Positions 61,976 through 64,000 of a DNA stretch of 64,000 nt are shown here, piece by piece. The stretch comes from Candidatus Omnitrophota bacterium. GTDB taxonomy: Bacteria; Omnitrophota; Gorgyraeia; JABMRN01; RBG-13-46-9. The position numbers and the translations under genes were made by a program. Under the pieces are notes generated by a model. It was not told the DNA's origin, did not search any database, and saw nothing but the letters and a program-made list of their open reading frames with translations. The stretch covers positions 1,554-65,553 of the forward strand of contig JBDRHE010000008.1 in NCBI GenBank assembly GCA_043817155.1, given 5' to 3'. Numbering within the stretch: the stretch's first letter is position 1; every line of letters starts with the position of its first letter.

Positions 61976-63916
61976 TTGCGCATGATATCAATAAGAAATA
62001 TATCTAAGCGGTACGGTATACGGGTGCTTTTCTCGGACGTGAGCTTTGATGTCCTAGCCGGTGAAAAGATAGGGCTTGTGGGCCGTAACGGCCACGGGAA
62101 GACCACGCTATTCAGGATCATTGTCGGCGAAGAAGAGCCCGATGAGGGCAAGGTCTTTCGGCCAAAAAATTACTCCATAGGGTATCTCGGGCAGCACTTG
62201 AACTTTACCAAGCCTACGGTGCTGGAGGAAGGCTGTGTTGGGTTGGGGCCGGAAGAGATCGCCAGCGAATGGAAGGTGGAGAAGATCCTCTTCGGGCTTG
62301 GTTTCCGTGAAGAGGATCTTGACCGCAAGCCTTCGGAATTTTCCGGAGGATTCCAGATGCGCATCGCCCTGACCAAGGCCCTGGTAGCTGAACCCAATAT
62401 GCTACTTCTGGACGAGCCTACGAACTTCCTCGATATCGTCTCGATACGATGGTTCGAAAAGTTTCTGCGGTCGTGGAAAAATGAGCTGATAGTGATAAGT
62501 CATGATAGGGATCTTGTCGACAGCGTGACGACGCACATTGTAGGGATACATAGAGGTTTGGCGCGAAAGATCAAAGGGCCGACCGGAAAATATTATGCCC
62601 AGCTATATAAAGACGAAGAGATACATGAGAAGAGGCGCATACAGGATGAGAAGAAACGCAAGCATGTCATGGAGTATGTGAATAGGTTCCGCTCGAAGGC
62701 AAGCCACGCCAAGGGTGTCCAGTCCGCCATCAAGAAGATCGAGAAGATGGAGAATCGGGGCAAGCTTGAGGAGATCCGCACGCTGTCATTTTCGTTCAAT
62801 CATGAGCCATTACCCACTCGGCAGATCATGGAAGTGAGCGATCTTACGTTTTCATACGACGGTAAAGCGCCATATCTGATAAGCGGCTTGAATTTTAGCG
62901 TAAACAGACATGATAAGATCTGCATCATAGGCAAAAACGGGAAGGGAAAGACAACACTCTTAAAATCACTTGCAGGCTTGCTTAAGCCTGTGGGTGGCAG
63001 CGTTAAGACGCATGTGGCGGCGCTGCCGGCCTATTATGAGCAGGCGAATACGGTCGATTTAAATGACGAGCTTACAGTGGAAGATGAAATATCCCTGGGC
63101 AGTCCCTCCATCGATAAATCGCGCTTGCGCGGGATATGCGGCGCTATGATGTTTTCAGGAGACGACGCCGAGAAGAAGATCAGGGTCCTTTCCGGAGGCG
63201 AGCGCAGCCGCGTGCTTGTGGGGAAGCTTCTCGTGAAGCCCTCCAACGTCCTTTTTCTAGATGAGCCTACGCACCATCTTGATATCGAGTCCTGCCAGGC
63301 GATGATGGATGCCGTAAGAGATTTCGAAGGCGCGGCGTTTGTGGTAGCGCACGACGAACATTTTCTGAACGAAGTGGCGACGAAGCTTATAGTGTTTAAG
63401 AACGACAGGGTCTTTTTTTATCCGGGCAATTACCGGGAGTTCCTGGAGAGGATAGGCTGGGAAGATGACGAGAATGTGCCTCAAATAGTTCCGGGCATTG
63501 AGAATTCCGTTCCTAGAACCCCATCCGGCCTGTCTGGCGAGCCGGCCGCAAAACCCGATTCGGCTGCTCCCCCGGCGCCTAGCGCCGGGATCGGACGAGC
63601 GGCAAAAGGGCATGGCATGAAAATGACAAGAAAGGCCCGGGCGGAGTTTATCGCGATGAGATCGAAATGTTTAAAGCCTCTGGAAGCGAAGATCAAGAGC
63701 CTGGAGGATGAGATAATCTCTTCCGAGGGCAGGGTGAAGGAGGGGAACGGGGAATTAATGAGAGATTCGCGAACAGGAGGCCTCGGTGCGATCCGAAGAA
63801 GCGAGCTTTCGAGAGAGCTTGGAGCGTTGGTGAAGAAGATAGAATCCTGCTATGACCAGCTTGACACGACGATGAAAGCGTACGATGCCGAGAAGCGTAA
63901 ATTTAGTAACGAATAA
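61976..63916 (+). CDS. ABC-F family ATPase (two tandem ABC domains, no TMD)
   Basis: Walker A twice (GRNGHGKTT; GKNGKGKTT). Signatures (FSGGFQMR; LSGGERSR). An inter-domain linker and a C-terminal coiled-coil extension. Confidence 0.8.
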   Translation: MRMISIRNISKRYGIRVLFSDVSFDVLAGEKIGLVGRNGHGKTTLFRIIVGEEEPDEGKVFRPKNYSIGYLGQHLNFTKPTVLEEGCVGLGPEEIASEWKVEKILFGLGFREEDLDRKPSEFSGGFQMRIALTKALVAEPNMLLLDEPTNFLDIVSIRWFEKFLRSWKNELIVISHDRDLVDSVTTHIVGIHRGLARKIKGPTGKYYAQLYKDEEIHEKRRIQDEKKRKHVMEYVNRFRSKASHAKGVQSAIKKIEKMENRGKLEEIRTLSFSFNHEPLPTRQIMEVSDLTFSYDGKAPYLISGLNFSVNRHDKICIIGKNGKGKTTLLKSLAGLLKPVGGSVKTHVAALPAYYEQANTVDLNDELTVEDEISLGSPSIDKSRLRGICGAMMFSGDDAEKKIRVLSGGERSRVLVGKLLVKPSNVLFLDEPTHHLDIESCQAMMDAVRDFEGAAFVVAHDEHFLNEVATKLIVFKNDRVFFYPGNYREFLERIGWEDDENVPQIVPGIENSVPRTPSGLSGEPAAKPDSAAPPAPSAGIGRAAKGHGMKMTRKARAEFIAMRSKCLKPLEAKIKSLEDEIISSEGRVKEGNGELMRDSRTGGLGAIRRSELSRELGALVKKIESCYDQLDTTMKAYDAEKRKFSNE

Positions 63917-64000
63917 ATGTAGCCTGGTAATTAGGGTCGAGTTCGACAAAAAACGGCGCTTATCGAGACACGGCCCCAATGCGTATCAAGCATTATGCTT

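Overview
This is a 64-kb, mostly plus-strand-coded stretch of a bacterial chromosome with mid-40s % GC. I could not assign it to a lineage from sequence alone, and every annotation below comes from reading the six-frame translations and the DNA by eye, with no database search.

The window has three parts.

(1) 1-1320 is a truncated IS66-family insertion sequence. Its transposase runs off the window start on the minus strand and starts with GTG, so it is absent from the ORF track. Immediately after it comes a patatin/PlpD-like type-Vd phospholipase.

(2) 4.8-9.7 kb is an accessory segment. A second IS66-like transposase fragment is followed by five small, functionally unrelated plus-strand genes: a beta-carbonic-anhydrase-like protein, a MORN/YwqK-repeat protein fused to a GspG pseudopilin domain, two tandem Zn-ribbon paralogs, a YhcG/DUF1016 PDDEXK nuclease, and a DUF523 protein. 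Each gene is separated from the next by a near-identical 32-bp element, and two of these elements carry a built-in TATAAT promoter.

(3) The core region holds housekeeping and polyamine genes: a receiver-domain protein, a Wzz-like protein, a PP-loop ATPase, a NYN protein, UppP, an eukaryotic-type Orn/Lys decarboxylase, a homospermidine-synthase-like protein, a deoxyhypusine-synthase-like protein, nitroreductases and an Fe-ADH. It is followed by a large nitrogen-assimilation and pyrimidine supercluster: an archaeal-type FMN glutamate-synthase-family protein, glnA, a GAF-ANTAR regulator, an outer-membrane beta-barrel, amt, PII, gltB, gltD, carA, carB, pyrG and a second full-length carB. Downstream are DUF1846, a sulfatase with its anaerobic maturase, an ABC-2 exporter, an OmpA-LysM protein, rsmE and an ABC-F ATPase.

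Most intergenic regions are packed with several families of small palindromic repeats. One is a MITE-like element of about 170 bp with terminal inverted repeats. Another is a roughly 50-bp double-hairpin unit that shows compensatory stem changes. Others are CCTGCCTGCC palindromes and GACGA heptamer tracts. These repeats are concentrated in the leaders of the nitrogen genes.

The most unusual features are the repeat-punctuated cassette array, the repeat-laden nitrogen regulon with its ANTAR regulator, and a possible attenuator in front of the ABC-F gene.
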